DNA of 15,440 bases from positions 1 to 15,440 of the forward strand of contig JBFRWI010000003.1 of assembly GCA_051439505.1 (NCBI GenBank), given 5' to 3'. Both the position numbers and the translations under genes were made by a program. The DNA comes from Hormoscilla sp. GTDB taxonomy: Bacteria; Cyanobacteriota; Cyanobacteriia; Cyanobacteriales; Desertifilaceae. Below the pieces are notes generated by a model, which made no database searches, had not been told where the DNA came from, and saw nothing but the letters and a program-made list of their open reading frames with translations. Below are positions 1 to 7,416 of the stretch, one piece after another (position 1 is the stretch's first letter; the number at the start of each line of letters is the position of its first letter).

Positions 1-2025
1 GTGCCCATCTTCCTAGGAGAAACACTCTGGGGCTTGCTAGCAGCTTATCAAAACTCCGGTCCCCGTGCTTGGCAAGTCGATGAAGTAGAGTTGCTAGCCC
101 AGATTGGCGGTCAACTGGGGGTGGCCCTACAGCAAGGGGAGTACCTCAAGCAAATGCGGGCCCAAGCAGCAGAACTGGCCCAAGCAGCAGAACGGGAAAA
201 GGCGGCTTCCCGGCAGAAAGCCTTGACCAAAACAGTGGATAAAATTCGCCAGTCCCTGGACATCGACATTATCTTTGCTACCACGACTGGAGAAGTCCGG
301 CAACTGCTAGAGGCCGATCGGGTAGCGATCTACCGTTTTTATCCTGATTGGAGTGGAGAGTTTGTCGCCGAATCTCTGGAGTCGGGGTGGACGCCCTTGT
401 TAGGGATGCAGGTGACAGATACCCACTTCCAAGAAACCTCCGGAGGCAGGTATGTCCGCAATGAATCCTTGGCAGTTAACGACATCTACCAGGTAGGTCA
501 TGCGGACTGTCATGTAGAACTATTAGAGACGTTTGAAGCCAAAGCCTATATAATTGCGCCGATTTTACAAGGAAAACAACTCTGGGGTTTATTGGCAGCT
601 TATCAAAACTCCGGTCCCCGGGATTGGGAAGCCGAGGAGGTAGACTTGCTAGCTCAAATTGGCACGCAACTGGGGGTCGCCATCCAGCAAGCGGAGTATC
701 TCAAGCAAGTTGAGGCCCAAGCAGCCCAACTGGCTAAAGCTGCCGAACGTCAGCGGGCCCTGGCTACTACAGTAGAGAAAATTCGCCAGTCCCTCGATAT
801 TGATGCGATCTTTGAGACCACCACTCAAGAAGTGCGGCGACTGTTGCAAGTGGAACGAGTAGCCATTTATCGCTTCTATTCGGATTGGAGTGGCGAGTTT
901 GTAGCAGATTCTCTTGTCGATGATTGGACTCCCGTGGTCAAGAAACAGTCCGCGATCGACCAGACTGTGCTCAAAACAGCCAAGGGAAGTAAATATCCGC
1001 GCAACGAAACCTTTGTACCTATTTTACAGGGGACTGAACTCTGGGGCTTGCTAATGGCGTCTCAGACCTCCCAGCCCCGTTATTGGCAAGATGAGGAGAT
1101 TAACTTGCTGACCCAGGTGGGAGTACAATTGGGAGTGGCACTCCAACAAGCGGAGTTACTCGACCAAACTCGACAGCAAGCTCAAGAACTGGTCCATGCA
1201 TTAGAGGATTTGCAGCAAACCCAAAGCCAGATGATTCAAAATGAAAAAATGGCCAGTTTGGGGCAGTTGGTTGCAGGTGTCGCCCATGAAATTAATAACC
1301 CGGTCAGCTTTATCTACGGCAACCTGGTCCATGTCAGCGAGTACACCCAAGATTTACTCTCTTTTGTGCAACTATACCAGAAACATTATCCTGACCCAAC
1401 AGCAGAAATTCAAGAACTTGCTGAAACCATCGACCTTGACTTTATGATTGAAGACTTGCCCAAAACTCTCGCCTCCATGCAGGTGGGGGCCGATCGCATT
1501 CGTCAGATCGTGTTATCCTTACGTAACTTCTCCCGCCTGGACGAGGCGGAAATGAAGCCAGTCAATATCCATGAAGGCATGGAAAGTACGCTGTTAATCT
1601 TACAAAATCGGTTGAAAGGCAATGGTAATTCTCCTGATATTGCCCTCCTTAAGGAATACGGGGAATTGCCGGAGGTGCCCTGTCATGCTGCTCAACTGAA
1701 TCAGGTGTTTATGAATATTATCAGTAATGCGATCGATGCTTTGTCAGAGTCGGCCACCAATAACCCGCAAATTATCATTCGCACGGAAGTCGCGGGCGAT
1801 CGGGTTCTCCTCCGCATTGCCGACAATGGTCCGGGGATGCCTCAAGAAGTGCGATCGCGCATATTCGACCCGTTTTTCACCACAAAGCCTGTGGGTAAGG
1901 GAACGGGTTTAGGACTTTCCATCAGCTACAAAATTGTGGTAGAAAAGCATAAGGGTAAACTTAAATGTACCTCTAAACCAGGTGAGGGGACTGAGTTCGC
2001 GATCGAGATTCCCATCAAGGAATGA
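1..2025 (+). CDS. Multi-GAF (cyanobacteriochrome-type) sensor histidine kinase, 5'-truncated by the window edge
   Basis: Repeated GAF modules (DKIRQSLDI...ADRVAIYRFYPDWSGEFVAES...LWGLLAAYQNSGPR.W). One has DTHFQETSGGRY...DIYQVGHADCH, the bilin-binding Cys-His. C-terminal H box HEINNP, N box NQVFMNIISNAIDA, DNGPGM, FDPFFTTK, GTGLGL. The frame is open from base 1. Confidence 0.93.
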   Translation: MPIFLGETLWGLLAAYQNSGPRAWQVDEVELLAQIGGQLGVALQQGEYLKQMRAQAAELAQAAEREKAASRQKALTKTVDKIRQSLDIDIIFATTTGEVRQLLEADRVAIYRFYPDWSGEFVAESLESGWTPLLGMQVTDTHFQETSGGRYVRNESLAVNDIYQVGHADCHVELLETFEAKAYIIAPILQGKQLWGLLAAYQNSGPRDWEAEEVDLLAQIGTQLGVAIQQAEYLKQVEAQAAQLAKAAERQRALATTVEKIRQSLDIDAIFETTTQEVRRLLQVERVAIYRFYSDWSGEFVADSLVDDWTPVVKKQSAIDQTVLKTAKGSKYPRNETFVPILQGTELWGLLMASQTSQPRYWQDEEINLLTQVGVQLGVALQQAELLDQTRQQAQELVHALEDLQQTQSQMIQNEKMASLGQLVAGVAHEINNPVSFIYGNLVHVSEYTQDLLSFVQLYQKHYPDPTAEIQELAETIDLDFMIEDLPKTLASMQVGADRIRQIVLSLRNFSRLDEAEMKPVNIHEGMESTLLILQNRLKGNGNSPDIALLKEYGELPEVPCHAAQLNQVFMNIISNAIDALSESATNNPQIIIRTEVAGDRVLLRIADNGPGMPQEVRSRIFDPFFTTKPVGKGTGLGLSISYKIVVEKHKGKLKCTSKPGEGTEFAIEIPIKE

Positions 2026-2030
2026 ATTGA

Positions 2031-2068
2031 TGAAAATTGAAAATTGAAAATTGAAAATTGAAAATTGA
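2031..2068. repeat. Heptamer tandem repeat (TGAAAAT)x5, STRR-like
   Basis: Five exact TGAAAAT units plus TGA directly after the kinase stop codon. Confidence 0.9.
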
Positions 2069-2130
2069 GCAGCGTTAATTCAAAATTTATCCATTTTATA
2101 TTTTCCATTCGCAATTAGCCACTCATCAAG

Positions 2131-2233
2131 ATAGCTCAAAGCATCAAAGACCTGTGCTATATTTAAATGAGGTAATCCCTGGGGAATCTCTTCTGGCGAT
2201 ACTCCTAACCGCCAGGTCGATGGCGATCGCCCG
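2131..2233 (-). pseudogene. Internal fragment of a second DUF433 gene
   Basis: Aligns by eye to 2856-2957 of the intact DUF433 gene (6 mismatches in the first 88 bp). The minus strand reads WRLGVSPEEIPQGLPHLNIAQVFDALSY. No start codon. Confidence 0.85.
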
Positions 2234-2235
2234 AC

Positions 2236-2267
2236 CGTTGGGTTTCCCCAGGTTGCCCAACCTACAA
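2236..2267 (-). repeat. REP-like palindrome of the GTAGGTTGGG...CCCAAC type
   Basis: Reverse complement reads TTGTAGGTTGGGCAACCTGGGGAAACCCAACG; related copies at 2314-2343 and 3093-3126. Confidence 0.65.
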
Positions 2268-2270
2268 CTC

Positions 2271-2422
2271 ATATCATGTCGGGTTGAATGCCCATAATAA
2301 AAATTGTATCATCTGTAGGTTGGGTTTCCGCTACTTACCCAACACCCACTTGACTTTCGCGGTCAACTCACAGGTGAAAGTCAGAGGTGAAAATGTTGTG
2401 GGTGATTACCCTGACTTGATAT
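2271..2422. mobile_element. MITE-like element (~150 bp) with imperfect ~27-bp terminal inverted repeats and an internal REP-like hairpin
   Basis: Left end ATATCATGTCGGGTTGAATGCCCATAA. Right end reverse complement ATATCAAGTCAGGGTAATCACCCACAA. Internal TGTAGGTTGGGT...ACCCAAC at 2314-2343. No ORF. Confidence 0.6.
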
Positions 2423-2769
2423 CAGATATAGCGTAACTGATTTTCCATTTCATCAGCCGTCACTTGGTTCAAAATTAGTAGGAGTCTGCGCATAATTTCC
2501 TGGGGTGGGTTGCGGACAGCTATGATAATGCCATAGTGCCTTTGCCCTTTTGCGAAATAACTCTGAGCGAGGGCTTCAAAGTCGGCCCGATTGTGAGTTA
2601 GTATAGCTTGGTGTTGGCTGATAGCATATGCTAACTGCTCAGCATCGCTTTTTTGCAATTGATTAGCTTCTCGCGCAGTAGTTGCGTCAAAGCCTCTTGC
2701 CCGCACTAAGTCTGCCACAAGTACATTGACATCCTCATCGAGATAAAGTTCAATAAACAATCTATTCAC
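2422..2769 (-). CDS. DUF5615 family PIN-like protein (putative toxin)
   Basis: LYLDEDV...SDAEQLAYA...AILTHNRADF...HYGIII motif pattern; ATGA overlap with the upstream DUF433 gene. Confidence 0.88.
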   Translation of the reverse strand: MNRLFIELYLDEDVNVLVADLVRARGFDATTAREANQLQKSDAEQLAYAISQHQAILTHNRADFEALAQSYFAKGQRHYGIIIAVRNPPQEIMRRLLLILNQVTADEMENQLRYI

Positions 2770-3047
2770 GAGTCTCTTACCAACGGATCGATTAACTCAT
2801 CGGGAATTCGGTTGCGCTCAATGTAGTCGTTAATCTCACTCTGATAATCGCTATAATAGCTCAAAGCATCAAATATCTGTGCTAGATTTAAGTGAGGTAA
2901 TCCCTGGGGAATCTCTTCTGGCAATACTCCTAACCTCCAGGTCTCAACGATCGCCCGTACTGGGGTGCGCGTTCCCTTGATAATTGGTTCCCCACTGAGA
3001 ATTTCACTATCCTTGACAATGTAACAATGTTCTGTTGCTTGGATCAT
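2766..3047 (-). CDS. DUF433 domain protein (putative antitoxin)
   Basis: ILSGEPIIKGTRTPVRAIVE...EEI...PHLNLAQIFDALSYY signature; ATG at 3047 (MIQATEH) preceded by an AGAGGTG RBS. Confidence 0.9.
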   Translation of the reverse strand: MIQATEHCYIVKDSEILSGEPIIKGTRTPVRAIVETWRLGVLPEEIPQGLPHLNLAQIFDALSYYSDYQSEINDYIERNRIPDELIDPLVRDS

Positions 3048-3092
3048 AATCACCTCTATCTGTTTGACATTACCCCGATCGCCCGAAATGCC

Positions 3093-3126
3093 TGTTGAGG
3101 TTTGCGGGCCTCTACCCAACCGACAA
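3093..3126 (-). repeat. REP-like palindrome (third GT[A/C]GGTTGGG-type copy)
   Basis: Reverse complement reads TTGTCGGTTGGGTAGAGGCCCGCAAACCTCAACA. Confidence 0.55.
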
Positions 3127-3211
3127 TTCCTTTACCCCCTCTGACATGCCCCTTACTCCCGGTATGGGCAGCTGTGCAGGACAGCAGCGGCATGAAGATA
3201 ATATAGCTGCA

Positions 3212-3352
3212 CTGTAGGGCGGACTACCCCGTGGCCCCATCGGTTGTCAACACTAGGCATTCTTGACAGTCGCGGTTTATGCTAGCGAATGTACGGCACT
3301 CAGACCGATGTAAGATAAGACACCTGTGGCATTACCCCAGGGTAAGACAAGA
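3212..3352 (+). promoter_or_regulatory. Structured 5' leader of the ATPase, possibly yybP-ykoY riboswitch-like
   Basis: Nested pairings CATCGGT(3238-44)/ACCGATG(3304-10), TGTC/GGCA, GCATTC/GAATGT around GTCAACAC; GGACTACCC near the 5' end and GGGTAAGAC near the 3' end. P1 pairing is weak. Confidence 0.3.
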
Positions 3353-3359
3353 AAATAGC

Positions 3360-6323
3360 ATGACAGTAACTGTAGAACGCAATCCCAAAATCTTCCAAGG
3401 TCTCACGGCGGCGGAAGTGGAGTCCTCTAGACAAAAATATGGCTCCAACCTCCTGACACCACCAGAACGAGACCCTTGGTGGCAACTGTTTCTGGAAAAA
3501 TTTGAAGACCCGATCATCCGCATCCTCATGGTCGCCGCTTTCCTGGCGATCGTGGTCGGGATTTTCGATGGTAATATTACCGAAGGTATAGGTATTGTCA
3601 TCGCCATCCTGCTGGCAACCACCGTGGCCTTCTTTAACGAATACAAGGCCAACCAGGAATTCGAGATCCTCAACCAAGTTAACGATGAGGTGCCCATCAA
3701 GGTGGTTCGGGATGGTAACTTTACCACGGTCCCCAAGAAAGACCTGGTGGTGGGAGATATCGTCTTTCTGGAAATTGGTGAAGAAGTCCCCGCAGACGGT
3801 CAAGTCCTGGAAGCGGTTTCCCTGCAAGTAAATGAAGCTAGCTTAACTGGGGAAGGGGTTCCCGTCACCAAGGTGGCCACAGAAATGGCGGAAAAATATG
3901 CCGCCGAACACGAAACGGCCTATCCCCCCGATCGAGCCCTGCGAGGCACCATTATTGCCGACGGACATGGCACGATCGAACTGACGGCAGTGGGGGACGG
4001 CACGGAAATTGGTAAAACCTCCCAGGCGGCGACCATCGAGTCGGACCAAGATACGCCCCTGAATATCCAACTGGACCGCCTCAGCCGACTGATCGGTGTT
4101 CTGGGCTTTGGGGTCGCAGTCCTGATCGACATTGCCCTGGTAGTACGGGGGATCCTGACCGGAGATCTGAACCTGACTCCGGGACAATGGTATTTTACAG
4201 GACTGTTGGTCGTGAGCGCGATCGTCATCGGGTTAGTGCGGGTTTGGTTACCCATTGTCTACGATGCGATCGAACTAACGGGTGGAGAGGCGGAACCCCC
4301 AGAATGGCTGGAAAATGAAAGCCTGGTAGGATGGGCGATCAATATCGGTTTAGCATTAGCGGTCTTTGGTGCGGGCATAGGTCTGGGTTATGCTTTTAAC
4401 TGGATACCCCAGTCTCCCAGCGATTGGATCCCCACTGATGTGGCCACGGAATTCCTCACCTACTTTATGATCGCGGTGACGATCATCGTAGTCGCCGTCC
4501 CGGAAGGTTTAGCCCTAAGCGTGACCCTTTCTCTCGCCTATAGCATGCGCAAGATGACCCAGCAGAATAACCTGGTGCGGCGGATGAATGCTTGCGAAAC
4601 CATCGGCGCAGCGACGGTCATCTGTTCTGATAAAACGGGCACCCTCACCCAGAATGCCATGCAGGTAAGTGACATCAAGTTTCCCTACCTGACCGGAGAA
4701 ATTACCGCAGATACTCTCAAGGATGGGGGCAAGCTAGTAGTAGAAGCCATTACTGTCAACACGACCGCTAATTTAGAGAAAAAACCGGACGCTGCACCAA
4801 CAGTCCTGGGAAACCCCACGGAAGGGGCCCTGCTGTTATGGTTGGATACTCGGCAAGTCCCCTACTTTGAAAAGCGGGAAGAGTTTCCCATTACCTATCA
4901 ATGGACTTTCTCCACGGAACGCAAGTACATGGCCACCCTGGGAAATTCCCTGGTTACGGATAACAGCATCCTCCATATTAAAGGTGCCCCGGAAATTATC
5001 CTCGATCGCTGCAACTCCATTCTCACCCCGGACGGCATTCAGCCCCTAGAAGACAAACAGTCCATTGTCGCAGAACTTAAATCCTATCAAGAACGGGGAA
5101 TGCGGACCTTGGGGCTTGCCTATCGGGAAAATGTGGAGTATGTTGAAGGTGCCGAGATCGATAATCTAGCACAAGATCTGATCTGGCTGGGGTTTGCCGC
5201 GATCGCGGATCCGGTGCGTCCGGACGTACCTGCTGCTGTGGCTGTTTGCCAAGAGGCCGGGGTGATGGTAAAGGTAGTCACTGGAGATATCTTACCCACA
5301 GCCAAGGAAATTGCTCGGGAGATCGGTTTGGCAAAGGAAAACGATCCTGAAGAATGCTTCCTGACCGGTCCCGAATTTGCCGCGATGGACGACCAAACTG
5401 CTAAAGAAGCGGCCATGAAATTAAAGGTCTTAGCCCGATCGCGTCCGTTAGACAAGCTGCGGTTAGTGAAGCTGCTGCAAGATAGCGGTCAAGTGGTAGC
5501 AGTGACTGGAGACGGCACCAACGACGCCCCAGCATTAAATCAAGCCCAAGTTGGTTTAGCCATGGGTAAAACTGGCACTTCCGTGGCCAAGGAAGCCAGC
5601 GATATCATTATTCTGGACGACTCCTTCGGCAGTATCGAAAATGCCGTCATGTGGGGGCGATCGCTGTACCAGAACATCCAGAAATTCATCCTATTCCAGT
5701 CTACCATCAACGTAGCGGCCTGTTTCATCGCCTTGCTAGGGCCCTTCATTGGCATCAACTTGCCGTTAACGGTGGTGCAGTTATTATGGGTAAACTTGAT
5801 CATGGATACCTTTGCGGCCTTAGCCCTAGCAACGGAACCACCCAGTGAAAAAGTGATGAACAAGCCCCCACGGGATCCAGAAGCCTTTATCATCTCCAAA
5901 CCGATGGCCGTGAGGATCTTCACTGTGGGTATCATCTTTCTGGTGTTTCTAGTTGGCTTCCTGCTGAAGATCCAGCAAGATGGAGAAGTAAATCCCTACG
6001 AACTATCCCTGTTCTTCAGCACCTTCGTCATGTTACAATTCTGGAATATGTTCAATGCCAAATGCTTTGGCCTGAACAATTCCGCCTTCTCCCAGGTATG
6101 GGAAAACCGAGGGTTTATCACCATTGCCTTACTGATTTTCGTCGGGCAAATATTGATGGTACAAGTTGGGGGCGACTTTTTCCGCACCGTACCAATATCC
6201 TTGCATGATTGGTTGGTAATTATCGGCGGCACTTCCGTAGTGCTGTGGATAGGAGAAATCGGGCGGTTGCTTTCTCGCCTGACTAAAAAGTCAGATGCTG
6301 CGACTGCGGCGGCGACAAGTTAA
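3360..6323 (+). CDS. Calcium-translocating P-type ATPase, PMCA-like
   Basis: NEASLTGE actuator motif, VAVPEGL, DKTGTLT phosphorylation site, KGAPE, TGD, VTGDGTNDAPAL, QLLWVNLIMDTFAALALATEPP. Likely start ATG 3360 (MTVTVERN). Confidence 0.95.
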   Translation: MTVTVERNPKIFQGLTAAEVESSRQKYGSNLLTPPERDPWWQLFLEKFEDPIIRILMVAAFLAIVVGIFDGNITEGIGIVIAILLATTVAFFNEYKANQEFEILNQVNDEVPIKVVRDGNFTTVPKKDLVVGDIVFLEIGEEVPADGQVLEAVSLQVNEASLTGEGVPVTKVATEMAEKYAAEHETAYPPDRALRGTIIADGHGTIELTAVGDGTEIGKTSQAATIESDQDTPLNIQLDRLSRLIGVLGFGVAVLIDIALVVRGILTGDLNLTPGQWYFTGLLVVSAIVIGLVRVWLPIVYDAIELTGGEAEPPEWLENESLVGWAINIGLALAVFGAGIGLGYAFNWIPQSPSDWIPTDVATEFLTYFMIAVTIIVVAVPEGLALSVTLSLAYSMRKMTQQNNLVRRMNACETIGAATVICSDKTGTLTQNAMQVSDIKFPYLTGEITADTLKDGGKLVVEAITVNTTANLEKKPDAAPTVLGNPTEGALLLWLDTRQVPYFEKREEFPITYQWTFSTERKYMATLGNSLVTDNSILHIKGAPEIILDRCNSILTPDGIQPLEDKQSIVAELKSYQERGMRTLGLAYRENVEYVEGAEIDNLAQDLIWLGFAAIADPVRPDVPAAVAVCQEAGVMVKVVTGDILPTAKEIAREIGLAKENDPEECFLTGPEFAAMDDQTAKEAAMKLKVLARSRPLDKLRLVKLLQDSGQVVAVTGDGTNDAPALNQAQVGLAMGKTGTSVAKEASDIIILDDSFGSIENAVMWGRSLYQNIQKFILFQSTINVAACFIALLGPFIGINLPLTVVQLLWVNLIMDTFAALALATEPPSEKVMNKPPRDPEAFIISKPMAVRIFTVGIIFLVFLVGFLLKIQQDGEVNPYELSLFFSTFVMLQFWNMFNAKCFGLNNSAFSQVWENRGFITIALLIFVGQILMVQVGGDFFRTVPISLHDWLVIIGGTSVVLWIGEIGRLLSRLTKKSDAATAAATS

Positions 6324-6328
6324 AACTC

Positions 6329-6418
6329 AAATATTCGCTGTTAGCCCGCCGGGGGTTGAAAATATTCGCTGTTAGCCCGCCGGGGGTTGAAAATATTCGC
6401 TGTTAGCCCGCCGGGGGT
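6329..6418 (+). repeat. 31-bp tandem direct repeat, ~3 copies
   Basis: AAATATTCGCTGTTAGCCCGCCGGGGGTTGA at 6329, 6360 and 6391 (last copy matches for 28 bp); no spacers. Confidence 0.95.
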
Positions 6419-6460
6419 ATCCCACCCCCGGCTAATAGCTAAAGTCGGTTAAAACCGACT
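6397..6460 (+). repeat. Two-hairpin REP-like dispersed repeat, copy 1
   Basis: GCCGGGGG-TATCCCA-CCCCCGGC, TAATAGCTAA, AGTCGGTT-AA-AACCGACT. Confidence 0.85.
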
Positions 6461-6496
6461 AAGAGGATGATAAGAGGATGATAAGAGGATGATAAG
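6460..6496 (+). repeat. 11-bp tandem repeat (TAAGAGGATGA)x3 overlapping the Uma2 start
   Basis: Three exact units plus TAAG; the third unit supplies ATG 6489. Confidence 0.9.
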
Positions 6497-7142
6497 TGCT
6501 ATAAACGTGACTTGCCAAACAACATCCGATCGGGTAATATTGAAAAACATCAGCTGGCAGACATATGTAGCCATGCTGGCAGAAATGGGAGAAGATCGGG
6601 TCACTAGAGTTGCATACGATCGAGGAATGTTAGAAATAATGAGTCCTTCTTTACGTCACGAAAATTGGAAAAGAGTGATTGAAAACCTGATAGTGATATT
6701 AGCGACAGAATTAAAGCTCAACCTGAAAAGCGTAGGTTCCGTAACCTGTAATCGTCCAGACTTAAGGCGGGGGGCGGAACCAGACTCGGGATTTTACATT
6801 CAAAACGAACCGCTGATGAGAAACAAAAAAGAACTTGATTTGACCAAAGACCCCCCTCCTGACTTAGTGCTAGAAGTAGATTATACCAGCTCATCTGTTG
6901 ACAGACAGCTAATTTATGCTGCTTTGGGAGTTCCCGAACTGTGGCGCTACGAGGAACAAGTGATGCAAATTTACCAACTGCAAGCAGGACGATATGTACC
7001 CTGCACGGGATCTCCTACCTTTGCGAATCTGCCCCTAAGAGAAATACCCAGGTTTCTAGAAAAAAGTTGGGAAATAGGAGAACTGCCCATGATGGAGTCT
7101 TTCAAAGTTTGGGTGAGACAGCAGTTAGCAGAACTTCCATAA
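6489..7142 (+). CDS. Uma2 family (DUF820) putative endonuclease
   Basis: ISWQTY...YDRGMLEIMSP...HE...EPDSGFYIQN...PPPDLVLEVD...YAALGVPELWRY. Confidence 0.93.
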   Translation: MISAINVTCQTTSDRVILKNISWQTYVAMLAEMGEDRVTRVAYDRGMLEIMSPSLRHENWKRVIENLIVILATELKLNLKSVGSVTCNRPDLRRGAEPDSGFYIQNEPLMRNKKELDLTKDPPPDLVLEVDYTSSSVDRQLIYAALGVPELWRYEEQVMQIYQLQAGRYVPCTGSPTFANLPLREIPRFLEKSWEIGELPMMESFKVWVRQQLAELP

Positions 7143-7256
7143 AATGTAGCCTCTGGGTGGAATGGCAATTTTTAATGGGTGCATTTTTAATTGGGATTGC
7201 TTATGCTTTATACCATTTTGCCAAAAAATGCTAAAATTACTTGAAGTTAGATTATT

Positions 7257-7320
7257 AGTCGGTTTCAACCGACAAGAGGCTGTTAGCCGGGGGTTTGAAC
7301 CCCCGGCGGGCTGACAGCGA
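7257..7320 (-). repeat. Two-hairpin REP-like dispersed repeat, copy 2 (inverted relative to copy 1)
   Basis: Reverse complement reads TCGCTGTCAGCCCGCCGGGGGTTCAAACCCCCGGCTAACAGCCTCTTGTCGGTTGAAACCGACT. Confidence 0.85.
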
Positions 7321-7416
7321 AGTGAGAAAACTTTCGCGGAAGAAGTATGGGAACATTTGCCGACATTTAGTATTATACTTGAGGTGTTCTCAGGCTGGGC
7401 AAGAGACTAGCACTCG

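Noticed and set aside
2131..2957. DUF433 fragment and gene as a DGR template/variable repeat pair
   Set aside because: The mismatches are not confined to adenines on either strand, and no reverse transcriptase is visible
3279..3359. Upstream ATG 3279 as the ATPase start; TTGACA at 3263 as a -35
   Set aside because: The extension does not resemble an ATPase N-terminus and overlaps the structured leader; no -10 lies at proper spacing from the TTGACA
6329..6418. 31-bp repeats as a CRISPR array
   Set aside because: Units are directly adjacent with no spacers, overlap a REP-like element, and there are no cas genes in the window
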